From the NCBI GenBank assembly GCA_045601765.1, contig JAZSAG010000016.1, positions 1-50,495 on the forward strand: a stretch of DNA of 50,495 nucleotides. The letters are read 5' to 3'. The notes beneath the pieces are model-generated. The model was not told the DNA's origin. It worked only from the letters and a program-made list of their open reading frames with translations, and did not search any database. A program made the position numbers and the translations under genes. This DNA comes from Candidatus Enterousia sp. (GTDB taxonomy: Bacteria; Pseudomonadota; Alphaproteobacteria; Rs-D84). Position 1 is the first letter of the stretch. Every line of letters starts with the position of its first letter. Below, in pieces: positions 1-7,920 of the stretch.

Positions 1-2373
1 GCCATGCGTTATACCGAAGCGCGCCTGTCAAAACTGGGGGCGTCGTTAATGGACGACATGGACAAAGACACCGTTGATTGGCAACCGAACTTTGATGGTT
101 CATTACAGGAACCTGTTGTATTGCCGGCCAAGTTTCCAAATTTCTTGGTAAATGGTGGTTCTGGTATTGCGGTTGGTATGGCGACAAATGTCCCGACGTA
201 TAATCTGGGCGAAATTTGCAATGGTATATTGGCGATATTGGACAACAAAGATTTAACTGATGATGAATTGTTCGGTATTATCCCTGGACCTGATTTTCCC
301 ACTGGCGCAATGATTATGGGGCACGCCGGCGCGTACAAGGCGCACACTACGGGTCGTGGTTCAATTATCGTTCGCGCAAAAACGCATATCGAAGATTTTC
401 GTGATCACCAGGCTATTATTGTCGATGAAATTCCGTATCAGGTAAACAAGGCGCAAATGATTATCAAAATTGCGGAATTGATAAAAGACAAACGTATCGA
501 GGGTATTTCTGAAATCCGCGACGAATCGTCCAAAGAGGGCCTGCGTATTGTTATTGAATTAAAGCGTGACGCAATTGCAGATGTTGTTTTGAATCATTTG
601 TTCCAGTACACAGAAATGCAAACAAATTTCCCTGTGAACATGATGGCATTAAATCGTGGTCGTCCAATGTTGTTTAATGTCCGTGGTGTTTTGGATTCAT
701 TCATAGAATTCCGTGCCGAGGTTATACGTCGTCGCACAATCTTTGATTTGAACAAGGCGCGTAATCGTGCGCATACATTGTTGGGCCTGTCTGTTGCGGT
801 TGGTAATTTAGATGAAGTTATTGAACTGATTAAATCCAGCCCAAATCCCGAGGCCGCCCGCGAAGCGTTAATTTCACGTGGCTGGCGCGCGTCTGATATT
901 GAATCTTATATCCAATTGATTGACGATCCAAACACAGAATACAAAGACGGCATGTTCTATATGTCCGAAGACCAGGCCCGTGCGATTTTGGAATTGCAAC
1001 TGCATCGTTTGACCGGTCTGGAACGTGACAAGATTCACGATGATTTAACTGCGCTGGGTGCGACAATCAAAGATTTGTTGGAAATTTTGGGCAGTGCCGC
1101 GCGCATCATGGACATTATACGCCAAGAAACAATATCTGTTCGTGATAATTGGGCGTCTCCACGTCGCACAGAAATTTCCGATGCAGAAATTGATATAGAT
1201 ATCGAAGATTTGATTGCCCGCGAAGATATGGTTGTGACGGTCACAAATACCGGCTATATCAAGCGTGTCGCATTGGATACATATCGTGCCCAGAAACGTG
1301 GTGGCAAGGGCCGTAACGCCATGGCGACCAAAGAAGACGACTATGTGGTCCAGGTATTTGTGGCAAATACCCATACGCCATTGTTGTTCTTTAGTTCCAA
1401 GGGACTGTGTTATAAATTAAAAACATATAAATTGCCCGAGGCCGCTGCCGCCGCCAAGGGTCGTCCGTTGATTAACCTGTTGCCATTGGCCCAGGGCGAA
1501 ACGATAACTGCGATATTACCTGTATCCGAAGAAGATGTCGCACGCGTCAAAGAATCTGGCAAAGAACATTTCTTGATGTTTGCAACCGCGTCTGGAACGG
1601 TTCGTCGCAATCGTATGTCTGACTTTGATTCAATCCGTGCCAACGGTAAAATTGCCATGAAATTGGACGAAGGCGACAGTCTGATATCTGTTCTGCCATG
1701 TAACGAAGACCAAGATGTATTCTTGGCGACATATCGTGGTCGTGCAATCAGATTCCCTGTGCCTGAAATTCGCGTATTTGCGGGCCGCAATTCAACCGGT
1801 GTTCGTGGTATAACATTGGGTGCAGATGACAGAATTATCGGCATGGCAATGTTGAACCATGGCGAATCAGATTCTGCAATTCGCAGTGCCTATATCAAGC
1901 AATCGCGCGCCGCGCGTCGTGCCGCAACCGGTATCGAAGAAGAGGCCGACGCAGACGAAGAAGAAACAAGCATTGTTTTAGATGATGCAAAAATGGCAGA
2001 AATGGCATCCCGCGAAGAATTCATTTTAACTATATCTGAAAATGGATTTGGCAAGCGCACCAGTTCGTATGAATATCGTCTGACCCATCGTGGTGGTGGC
2101 GGTTTTGCGAACATTAAACTGGGCGGTAAAAACACAGCGGTTGCAGGTTCATTCCCTGTAACAGATGACCAAGATATCATCATGGTGACCGACGGTGGTA
2201 AAATCATTCGCACACCTGTATCTGATGTTCGTATTGCGGGTCGTTCGACTGCGGGCGTAACATTATTCAGAACGGCTGAAAAAGAAAAAGTCGTATCTGC
2301 AATTTCTATTGAAGGTGCCGGTGACGAAGGTTCAGACGCGGACATTGTTGAATCTGAACCGGTGACCGAATAA
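1..2373 (+). CDS. gyrA: DNA gyrase subunit A, 5'-truncated by window edge
   Basis: Frame 1 is open from base 1 to TAA at 2371-2373. Translation has GyrA hallmarks (AMRYTEARL, FLVNGGSGIAVGMATN, EIPYQVNKA) and C-terminal beta-pinwheel blades (GRNSTGVRGI, GRSTAGVTLF). The catalytic-Tyr/QRDR part lies upstream of the window. Confidence 0.95.
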   Translation, partial: AMRYTEARLSKLGASLMDDMDKDTVDWQPNFDGSLQEPVVLPAKFPNFLVNGGSGIAVGMATNVPTYNLGEICNGILAILDNKDLTDDELFGIIPGPDFPTGAMIMGHAGAYKAHTTGRGSIIVRAKTHIEDFRDHQAIIVDEIPYQVNKAQMIIKIAELIKDKRIEGISEIRDESSKEGLRIVIELKRDAIADVVLNHLFQYTEMQTNFPVNMMALNRGRPMLFNVRGVLDSFIEFRAEVIRRRTIFDLNKARNRAHTLLGLSVAVGNLDEVIELIKSSPNPEAAREALISRGWRASDIESYIQLIDDPNTEYKDGMFYMSEDQARAILELQLHRLTGLERDKIHDDLTALGATIKDLLEILGSAARIMDIIRQETISVRDNWASPRRTEISDAEIDIDIEDLIAREDMVVTVTNTGYIKRVALDTYRAQKRGGKGRNAMATKEDDYVVQVFVANTHTPLLFFSSKGLCYKLKTYKLPEAAAAAKGRPLINLLPLAQGETITAILPVSEEDVARVKESGKEHFLMFATASGTVRRNRMSDFDSIRANGKIAMKLDEGDSLISVLPCNEDQDVFLATYRGRAIRFPVPEIRVFAGRNSTGVRGITLGADDRIIGMAMLNHGESDSAIRSAYIKQSRAARRAATGIEEEADADEEETSIVLDDAKMAEMASREEFILTISENGFGKRTSSYEYRLTHRGGGGFANIKLGGKNTAVAGSFPVTDDQDIIMVTDGGKIIRTPVSDVRIAGRSTAGVTLFRTAEKEKVVSAISIEGAGDEGSDADIVESEPVTE

Positions 2374-2392
2374 TTACGGGGGTGTGTCGGCA

Positions 2393-2758
2393 ATGGAAAA
2401 CAAAGAATATTTTTCATCAATAAACGATGTTTCTAAACGGTTGGATGTACCGGCACACACGTTGCGCTATTGGGAAAAGCAGTTCCCGGCGGCGATTAAG
2501 CCCACAACAGGTGCCGGTGGACGCAGATACTATCGCGCCGAAACAGTTGATACATTGGTTATGATAAAAGATTTGTTATACAATCACGGTATGACAATTG
2601 CCGGTGTAAAAAAAATGTTGCGCAATGGCGACATTGATTCATCAACTGGTGCGGTCACAATGCCCACTGGCGACACTATTTCTGTTGGTGCCATAGAAGA
2701 TGCAAATATTGACACCGCAATCGGTTTACTGGAATGTGCGCGTAATTTATTGCAATAA
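2393..2758 (+). CDS. MerR-family transcriptional regulator
   Basis: N-terminal MerR HTH signature (VSKRLDVPAHTLRYWEKQF...GGRRYY). ATG 2393 sits about 10 nt after a GGGGG RBS. The ORF track's alternative GTG at 2384 abuts the RBS. Confidence 0.8.
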   Translation: MENKEYFSSINDVSKRLDVPAHTLRYWEKQFPAAIKPTTGAGGRRYYRAETVDTLVMIKDLLYNHGMTIAGVKKMLRNGDIDSSTGAVTMPTGDTISVGAIEDANIDTAIGLLECARNLLQ

Positions 2759-2787
2759 AAAATCCCCCGATTGGGGGATTTTTTTAA
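2757..2787. terminator. Bidirectional rho-independent terminator
   Basis: aaaaaatccccc-gatt-gggggattttttt: perfect GC stem flanked by an A-tract and a T-tract, between convergent genes. Confidence 0.7.
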
Positions 2788-3290
2788 CGCAGTCTTTGAT
2801 TAAATATTGCGTTCCAGTTATTTCTAAAACGTGGTCCCAATGGTTGGCGTGCAATAGAATCTGCGATAACGCTGTCACGGGCCAGTCTTTCAATTTGTTC
2901 GGTTGTATTTGCATGTTCTTTGTGTAATGCATCCATTCTGCCAGTATATGTTTCCAACGCATGATTTTCCAAAGAATCAATAACATTTGACAGTGAATCC
3001 ATCTTTGGTTCCAGATGCGCATATACTTCTGGGTTTTGAGAGTGAATTTTATATAATTCTTGTAATTGTGCATATTGCGCGGTCTGCTTTGCCAGATTGC
3101 GTGCCTGTTCACGATTATTGTGACGTTCATCATCGATATCGCGTTCAATATGTGATAATTTGGCGCGTGCAGAATCTAAATCAGATTGATAGAAATCATA
3201 CGCGTCATAATTTGTTATACCCAACAAAGTCATAGTGCCAGCCACAAAAATAATGGCCATAGCAGCAGTAATTTTTTCTTTTTTTGACAT
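2784..3290 (-). CDS. Hypothetical membrane-anchored coiled-coil protein
   Basis: 168-aa ORF with AAGGA RBS 9 nt upstream. N-terminal hydrophobic anchor (ITAAMAIIFVAGTMTLLGI) followed by charged helical sequence. No family recognised. Confidence 0.55.
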   Translation of the reverse strand: MSKKEKITAAMAIIFVAGTMTLLGITNYDAYDFYQSDLDSARAKLSHIERDIDDERHNNREQARNLAKQTAQYAQLQELYKIHSQNPEVYAHLEPKMDSLSNVIDSLENHALETYTGRMDALHKEHANTTEQIERLARDSVIADSIARQPLGPRFRNNWNAIFNQRLR

Positions 3291-3363
3291 TGTAAAAAAT
3301 CCTTTTTTATTGTTACTTTATATTAATATAGCACAAAACAACAAATTGTCAACCTTTTATGTG

Positions 3364-3440
3364 TAATCGGTAATCGGTGTAAGTGGTTAGTGGTGCTGAC
3401 GCAAGTGTAAGTGATTAATGTAAGTGGTTAGTGGCGGTGG
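3364..3440 (+). repeat. Degenerate short tandem repeats (taatcgg x2; gtaagtggttagtgg-type x3)
   Basis: gtaagtggttagtgg at 3379-3393 and 3420-3434, and gtaagtgattaatg at 3407-3420. The reverse complement of the same motif family recurs at 37293-37339. Confidence 0.7.
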
Positions 3441-3473
3441 GATGATACAAAAAATTTTTGTCATTATTCTTCT

Positions 3474-3506
3474 TTGTCATTGCGAGCGTACGCGTGGCAA
3501 TCCAGT
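3474..3506 (+). repeat. Palindromic REP/MITE-like unit A (ttgtcattgcgag...gtggcaatccagt), copy 1
   Basis: Near-identical to copies at 3520-3560, 3687-3719 (reverse complement) and 37171-37203. Has internal dyad cattgc/gcaatc. Confidence 0.8.
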
Positions 3507-3519
3507 CTGTTCTTCCTTT

Positions 3520-3560
3520 TTGTCATTGCGAGGGAACGATAGTGACCGTGGCAATCCAGT
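3520..3560 (+). repeat. Palindromic REP/MITE-like unit A, copy 2 (longer spacer)
   Basis: ttgtcattgcgagggaacgatagtgaccgtggcaatccagt; same termini as copy 1. Confidence 0.75.
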
Positions 3561-3573
3561 AAATCATTCTCCT

Positions 3574-3610
3574 CTGTCATCCTGTGGCTTGTTCGGGCCC
3601 CGCAAAAATG
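3574..3610 (+). repeat. Palindromic repeat unit B (ctgtcatcctgtggcttgttcgggccccgcaaaaatg)
   Basis: Reverse-complement copy at 3835-3873 and partial copy at 3798-3823. Confidence 0.75.
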
Positions 3611-3686
3611 AAATTTTTGTGGGTGATGTCTCCAGGACCCAGGTGGATGTGTAGTGCGAAGCACACATTATTATAATAATGTATCA

Positions 3687-3719
3687 ACTGGATTGCCACG
3701 CGTCCGCTCGCAATGACAA
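3687..3719 (-). repeat. Palindromic REP/MITE-like unit A, copy 3 (inverted)
   Basis: Its reverse complement ttgtcattgcgagcggacgcgtggcaatccagt is identical to the copy at 37171-37203. Preceded by cattattataa, as is the inverted A copy at 37232-37275. Confidence 0.8.
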
Positions 3720-3797
3720 GGTTTCAAGTTTTCATATTACGAACCGAACAAAATACCACGTTGGGTGCAGGTAATAATAAGGCCAAACCTGAGTCGA

Positions 3798-3873
3798 GGG
3801 GTCAAGCCCCAGGATGACAAAGGAAAGAAATTTACATTTTTGTGGGGCCCGAACAAGCCCCAGGATGACAGGA
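3798..3873 (-). repeat. Repeat unit B, one partial and one full inverted copy
   Basis: gggtcaagccccaggatgacaaagg (3798-3823) and catttttgtggggcccgaacaagccccaggatgacagg (3835-3873) are reverse complements of unit B. Confidence 0.75.
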
Positions 3874-3895
3874 GTGCTTAATTTCTTGTATAACG

Positions 3896-3922
3896 AACAA
3901 AAAAATCCCCCGACGCGGGGGA
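3896..3922 (-). terminator. Rho-independent terminator of the 3953-5449 gene
   Basis: On the minus strand tcccccg-cgt-cggggga is followed by a T-run, about 30 nt after the stop codon. Confidence 0.7.
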
Positions 3923-3952
3923 TACGAACGAAAGAAAAGGAAGCTATTGTGT

Positions 3953-5449
3953 TTACTCGGTTGTTGTGCTTTCGACCAATTTCCATCCCATAAACGTATA
4001 CCCTGGTTTAACTGGGTCTTCTGGTAATGTAACCGGCCCATCATAATAACACATATTTTGTGTTGACGCACCACCATTATCCGGATTCCAATCGATATTG
4101 ATTGTATTTGCGGTACATGCGTATGTGATATATGCGCCACCTGGGTATTCATAAAAGGTTTCTGGTATCGGAACTATACACGACTGTGCACCAGTATTAT
4201 ACATCATAATACACATAAGCATAGCTAACCAACCCGTGCCAGCCGCTTCAAACATTGTTTCTTCGGTAATTTTTTCTGTCCCAAATGTTGAAACGTGGTC
4301 GTATTCAGGGATATCTATACCCTGAATGCTTGTATACTTAGTTTCTACTATATAATATGTAGATTCATAATACGATGTTTCACCACTGTAACTTATGCCA
4401 CGAGAAGATACATATACATACCAATCACCATTTTTTGCATTTTGACGAAATTCCGATAAATTTGGCATTTGTTTTGCCGCCGTACTGCAATCAATAGCGG
4501 TTGGATCTGCCAGAGTTGCTCCAAAATAGTCTGGCCCCTTGCCAACATCTTTAAACTTATTAAAAGTATAACAATGTTCGATGCCATCAAAATCCTTGTC
4601 ATAAAAGTAACCGCCTTCTGCTATATATGCATTACCGGACTCTTCAAGTTGGTCTGCAATAAGGTTTAGCCATGGTTGTGCCGGCATTTTTGTTGATAAA
4701 TCGTCAGGGTGTTGTATTTTATCAATAGACGTTAATATCGTTTGATATTCTATTGAGTCTTCGGGCAGTGCTTCTGTCAACTCGTTCCAATTGTCACGAA
4801 TCATTATTGCATATTCTTTTGAACTTGACCGCATTTCTTCAAGCGTGTCTTTTGGCACAAATTCTATGTACGAACCAGATTCTATTCTTAGCATAAAATC
4901 AATATAGGCATCTGTAGCCTGCTCTTCTGTTAAATCTGGTGCCTTATGATAACCTGTATCGCATTGAAAATTTATAGAACATTCCGGTGCAACTGCAGTA
5001 CATGTTCCACCGTAATATAATTTGCCGTTGGCTGTCTCATTACCATGTATTACGTTTATTGCATGGTTTGGTATAGATTGTTGGATACAGTTTACAGAAC
5101 ACCCCATATAACATTCAGATTCTGCCGTCGCGGCGGCGTCTGATGTGTAATCAGTGGGGCATGCGGTTTTACTGTTATTTGCCTCGACCGTAAAGGTTCC
5201 GCCCGGGCAATATGAACCAACGGGGCATTCGGTGCAGTTCAGTGTCGTTTCATCCAGGTATTGCCCCGCCGCGCATTCATAACTGTTCAGTGACCATGTT
5301 GCAATTGTGTTCGCGGTTGCATTATTGTCAGACACACCCAGGACGTCCACGGTACATGTGCCCGCGCCACCTGTTATAAGTCCGTCTTCTGCAAACGCGC
5401 CCGTCATGGTCATTATCAGTGTACTGGATAAAAATAAAACTTTTTTCAT
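3953..5449 (-). CDS. Secreted Cys-rich protein with C-terminal Listeria-Bacteroides (Flg_new)-type repeat; paralogue 1
   Basis: Start moved to ATG 5449 (GGGGGGA RBS; MKKVLFLSSTLIMTMTGAFA signal peptide). The N-terminal ~190 aa and C-terminal ~45 aa (NIDWNPDNG...PVKPGYTFMGWKL) match the 35781-37097 product. CxxCPxGSYCPGG motif. Confidence 0.85.
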   Translation of the reverse strand: MKKVLFLSSTLIMTMTGAFAEDGLITGGAGTCTVDVLGVSDNNATANTIATWSLNSYECAAGQYLDETTLNCTECPVGSYCPGGTFTVEANNSKTACPTDYTSDAAATAESECYMGCSVNCIQQSIPNHAINVIHGNETANGKLYYGGTCTAVAPECSINFQCDTGYHKAPDLTEEQATDAYIDFMLRIESGSYIEFVPKDTLEEMRSSSKEYAIMIRDNWNELTEALPEDSIEYQTILTSIDKIQHPDDLSTKMPAQPWLNLIADQLEESGNAYIAEGGYFYDKDFDGIEHCYTFNKFKDVGKGPDYFGATLADPTAIDCSTAAKQMPNLSEFRQNAKNGDWYVYVSSRGISYSGETSYYESTYYIVETKYTSIQGIDIPEYDHVSTFGTEKITEETMFEAAGTGWLAMLMCIMMYNTGAQSCIVPIPETFYEYPGGAYITYACTANTINIDWNPDNGGASTQNMCYYDGPVTLPEDPVKPGYTFMGWKLVESTTTE

Positions 5450-5469
5450 GGATTCCCCCCAATTGTTGC

Positions 5470-5595
5470 AAATTAAAAACCGCCACAAGTTTGACGGTCG
5501 GGGAGTTAGCAATCATTTCAACGGTGATTCTGATGTTTTCGGGTTACCCCTGTTGTATAACAATCAGCCCCCCGACTGCACACACAGTCAGGGAT
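5470..5595 (-). promoter_or_regulatory. Structured 5' leader (hairpin + alternative pairing + intrinsic terminator) of paralogue 1
   Basis: Minus-strand order: ccctgactg/cagtcgggg hairpin, GGCTG, spacer, then ctccccgacc complementary to the hairpin 3' arm. That segment overlaps terminator accgtca-aacttg-tggcggt + TTTTT. Same architecture as 35620-35736. Confidence 0.55.
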
Positions 5596-5774
5596 AATTA
5601 ACGATGCAAAAACATTGAAAGATATCGGATTTACGATGTCTGTATCTTTGCACCGGTTGAAACAGGCCGCTACAGCCCCGAACCGACATCCCTGTCAGTT
5701 CAATATACATATTACTAAAAAATAGGGGTTATTGCAAGTGTGAAAGCGTGTTCAAAATATAAAGTGTGGAATTG

Positions 5775-5792
5775 TGGCACGCCCAACGGGAA
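5775..5792 (-). repeat. 18-nt duplicate of the tRNA-Glu 3' end (att-like scar)
   Basis: tggcacgcccaacgggaa at 5775-5792 is identical to 5890-5907, the 3' end of the tRNA. Direct orientation, 97 bp apart. Confidence 0.7.
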
Positions 5793-5889
5793 ACCGATTG
5801 AATAAAAACCCTGTGAGTTGCGTTATTAGCAACGAACAGTTGGTTTGCGTCAAGAGATTACCCGTTTCCAACACAATACATGACAATTT

Positions 5890-5964
5890 TGGCACGCCCA
5901 ACGGGAATCGAACCCGTGTTGTCAGAATGAGAATCTGATGTCCTAACCGCTAGACGATGGGCGC
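5890..5964 (-). tRNA. tRNA-Glu (anticodon CUC)
   Basis: The reverse complement folds as a 75-nt cloverleaf: GCGCCCA acceptor, GTCT/GGAC D-stem, TCAGA-TTCTCAT-TCTGA anticodon arm, ACGGG-TTCGATT-CCCGT T-arm, encoded CCA. Confidence 0.85.
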
Positions 5965-6083
5965 GTATCTACATTGACCAACATATCTTATACTGAAACT
6001 TCAGATTTTTCAAATGAAAGTTTTCCTTGTACCCATGATTTTATTCTTTTAAGATATACATCGTAAATCAAAAGGATGTTTAT

Positions 6084-6827
6084 ATGGCTCTTAGACGCTT
6101 TTTGTCCAATGTTATATCTGGATTGATACCAAATAAAAAATTACGTGGCAAGGTTCGTGTTTCTTTGCGTTATCCGTCTGTGCGGTCTTATATACGCTGG
6201 GTACGCGATTGGGCACGACAACATGACGGTGGTGTTCAGAAAATGTCAATCGCGTTTGGGGTTGGTTGCAAAAATCTGATTGTTATTTTAAATGAAAAAA
6301 ATGTGTTTAAGTTTTCATTGGTAAATGACGGCCACGATGCCGCAATGCGTGAAATGCGTATTACAGATGCTTTTCATAAAATAACACCAATTCGCATGCC
6401 AAAAATGGAAATCATTCAATGGCGTGGCATAACAATCAGACGCCAGGAATTTTTCAGTGGAAAATTAATCGGTGATTTTGAACCTTCTTATGTCTTGGCG
6501 CACCGCACACATATTGCGCAACAATTGGCAAATTTTTTACATGTTATCGGTTCATCTGACCCGGCGTCAATTCGTGATTTAAAGCCAACCAAGACCGCAA
6601 AACCTGGTTATTTATATGGATGGTTTCATAATGACATTGGCCAAAATTTTATGATGGACGATGATTTAAATATCACAGGCTTTATAGATTGGGAAAACAC
6701 TGAATTTTGTGATTTTAAGCCAACTTTGTATGCGGCTGAACGTCATTGGGACAAACATGGCTATCGCGGTTTGATGGTTGATGTCATGGCCGAGTATTCA
6801 AAATTATACCACAACGACAAAAAATAA
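6084..6827 (+). CDS. Aminoglycoside/choline-kinase-type phosphotransferase (APH family)
   Basis: AAGGA RBS. Catalytic-loop pattern GWFHNDIGQNFMMDDD...GFIDWENTEF (HxDxxxxN ... IDWE), typical of the APH family. Confidence 0.7.
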   Translation: MALRRFLSNVISGLIPNKKLRGKVRVSLRYPSVRSYIRWVRDWARQHDGGVQKMSIAFGVGCKNLIVILNEKNVFKFSLVNDGHDAAMREMRITDAFHKITPIRMPKMEIIQWRGITIRRQEFFSGKLIGDFEPSYVLAHRTHIAQQLANFLHVIGSSDPASIRDLKPTKTAKPGYLYGWFHNDIGQNFMMDDDLNITGFIDWENTEFCDFKPTLYAAERHWDKHGYRGLMVDVMAEYSKLYHNDKK

Positions 6828-6830
6828 AAG

Positions 6831-6853
6831 AACCGCCAAATGGCGGTTTTTTA
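6831..6853 (+). terminator. Rho-independent terminator
   Basis: aaccgcc-aaa-tggcggtt followed by a T-run, directly after the stop codon. Confidence 0.7.
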
Positions 6854-6914
6854 TTGCATTTCTGCGTTTCCTGTGTTAATTTGTGCCTTACCATAATAAT
6901 AAAAGAGGTACAAA

Positions 6915-7889
6915 ATGAATTTATATCCCGTTATATCAAAACCATTATATGCACAAACAAAAGGCACAGATAGTAATATAAAAAAATCAAAACTGCCTGC
7001 GCAAAAGAAATCACACCGTAACGGCCGTTTGGCGCGTAATGGTATTGGAAACAGACGTGTCAAAACTGAAAAATATCCGGTATTACATGAAATGGGTGTG
7101 GATATAAATGTATATATCATGGTGCCTGGTATGTTTGTTTTCAGTTCTGTATATGACCCCAATGGCCTTGATAAGAGTATCGCTGACATGATAATGCAGG
7201 GCAGACAAGAATCAATTTATACCGATGACAAAACAGAAAATATGGCAATGTTGGTCGAAGAACTAGATGCGGAACAAAAATTGAATGCCGATAAAAAACA
7301 TGCTAAGAAAGTACATCACCTTGCGAAATGGATGTCAGAATTACAAGAATATGAAAAACAACGTCAACATATTGACAGCATATCGGCCAAATTAGATACG
7401 TTTATTGAATTAATAAAAGCGTATGATTATGTCCAGCATGGTGAATCTGTTGATAAAGAAAATGCACAAATCTTGTCTTCTGATTATAAAAATGCGTTTT
7501 CTAAAGCCAAGGCTTTTGCCCAGGCCCGTGCAGAAAATTTGGAACAATTGGTCGCAGAACTGGAACAATATTTTGATACCAAGTGCTGGGTCCAGGAAAT
7601 CAAAGACCAAGAAAAACATCAAATGGATATCCTGCAAACAAAACAGCGTATGCGGGCAGAATTGGCTGCGCAAGATTATTTCAAGGCAGGGCGTATGATT
7701 GATGTAAAAAATGCACGTGCATTGTATGAAAAATCACGTCATGTATCGAATAAAGATCAAGATTCTTATTATATCTTTGGTATGCCAGATGATGTAACAA
7801 ATATTGCAGCGCAATGTCTGGACAAGACCCTGTCGCGCCGGCGTATAAATGCGATTGTAGATCAATTTGTGCACAGTCGTATAAAATAA
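6915..7889 (+). CDS. Hypothetical protein, basic N-terminus and long coiled-coil
   Basis: 324-aa ORF with AGAGG RBS. Lys/Arg-rich N-terminus, one hydrophobic stretch, then Glu/Lys/Gln-rich heptad-like sequence. No family recognised. Confidence 0.55.
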   Translation: MNLYPVISKPLYAQTKGTDSNIKKSKLPAQKKSHRNGRLARNGIGNRRVKTEKYPVLHEMGVDINVYIMVPGMFVFSSVYDPNGLDKSIADMIMQGRQESIYTDDKTENMAMLVEELDAEQKLNADKKHAKKVHHLAKWMSELQEYEKQRQHIDSISAKLDTFIELIKAYDYVQHGESVDKENAQILSSDYKNAFSKAKAFAQARAENLEQLVAELEQYFDTKCWVQEIKDQEKHQMDILQTKQRMRAELAAQDYFKAGRMIDVKNARALYEKSRHVSNKDQDSYYIFGMPDDVTNIAAQCLDKTLSRRRINAIVDQFVHSRIK

Positions 7890-7920
7890 AAAATACCCGC
7901 CAATTGGCGGTTATTTTTTT
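7890..7920. terminator. Bidirectional terminator
   Basis: aaaaaataccCGCC-aatt-GGCGgttattttttt between convergent genes. Confidence 0.65.

Noticed and set aside
3474-3873. Possible CRISPR array (short repeats with spacers)
   Set aside because: The repeats belong to two different families, occur in both orientations with irregular spacing, and are themselves palindromic REP/MITE-like units. No cas genes are present in the window.
3424-3986. Listed ORFs 3424-3654(+), 3464-3664(-), 3732-3986(-), 3832-4152(-) in the repeat cluster
   Set aside because: They only translate palindromic units A and B on both strands. They have no RBS and overlap each other and the terminator, so I treated them as repeat artefacts, not genes.
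5775-5792. Second tRNA gene next to tRNA-Glu
   Set aside because: Only the 18 nt of the acceptor/T-arm 3' end are duplicated and no cloverleaf can be drawn. I interpreted it as an att-like duplicate.
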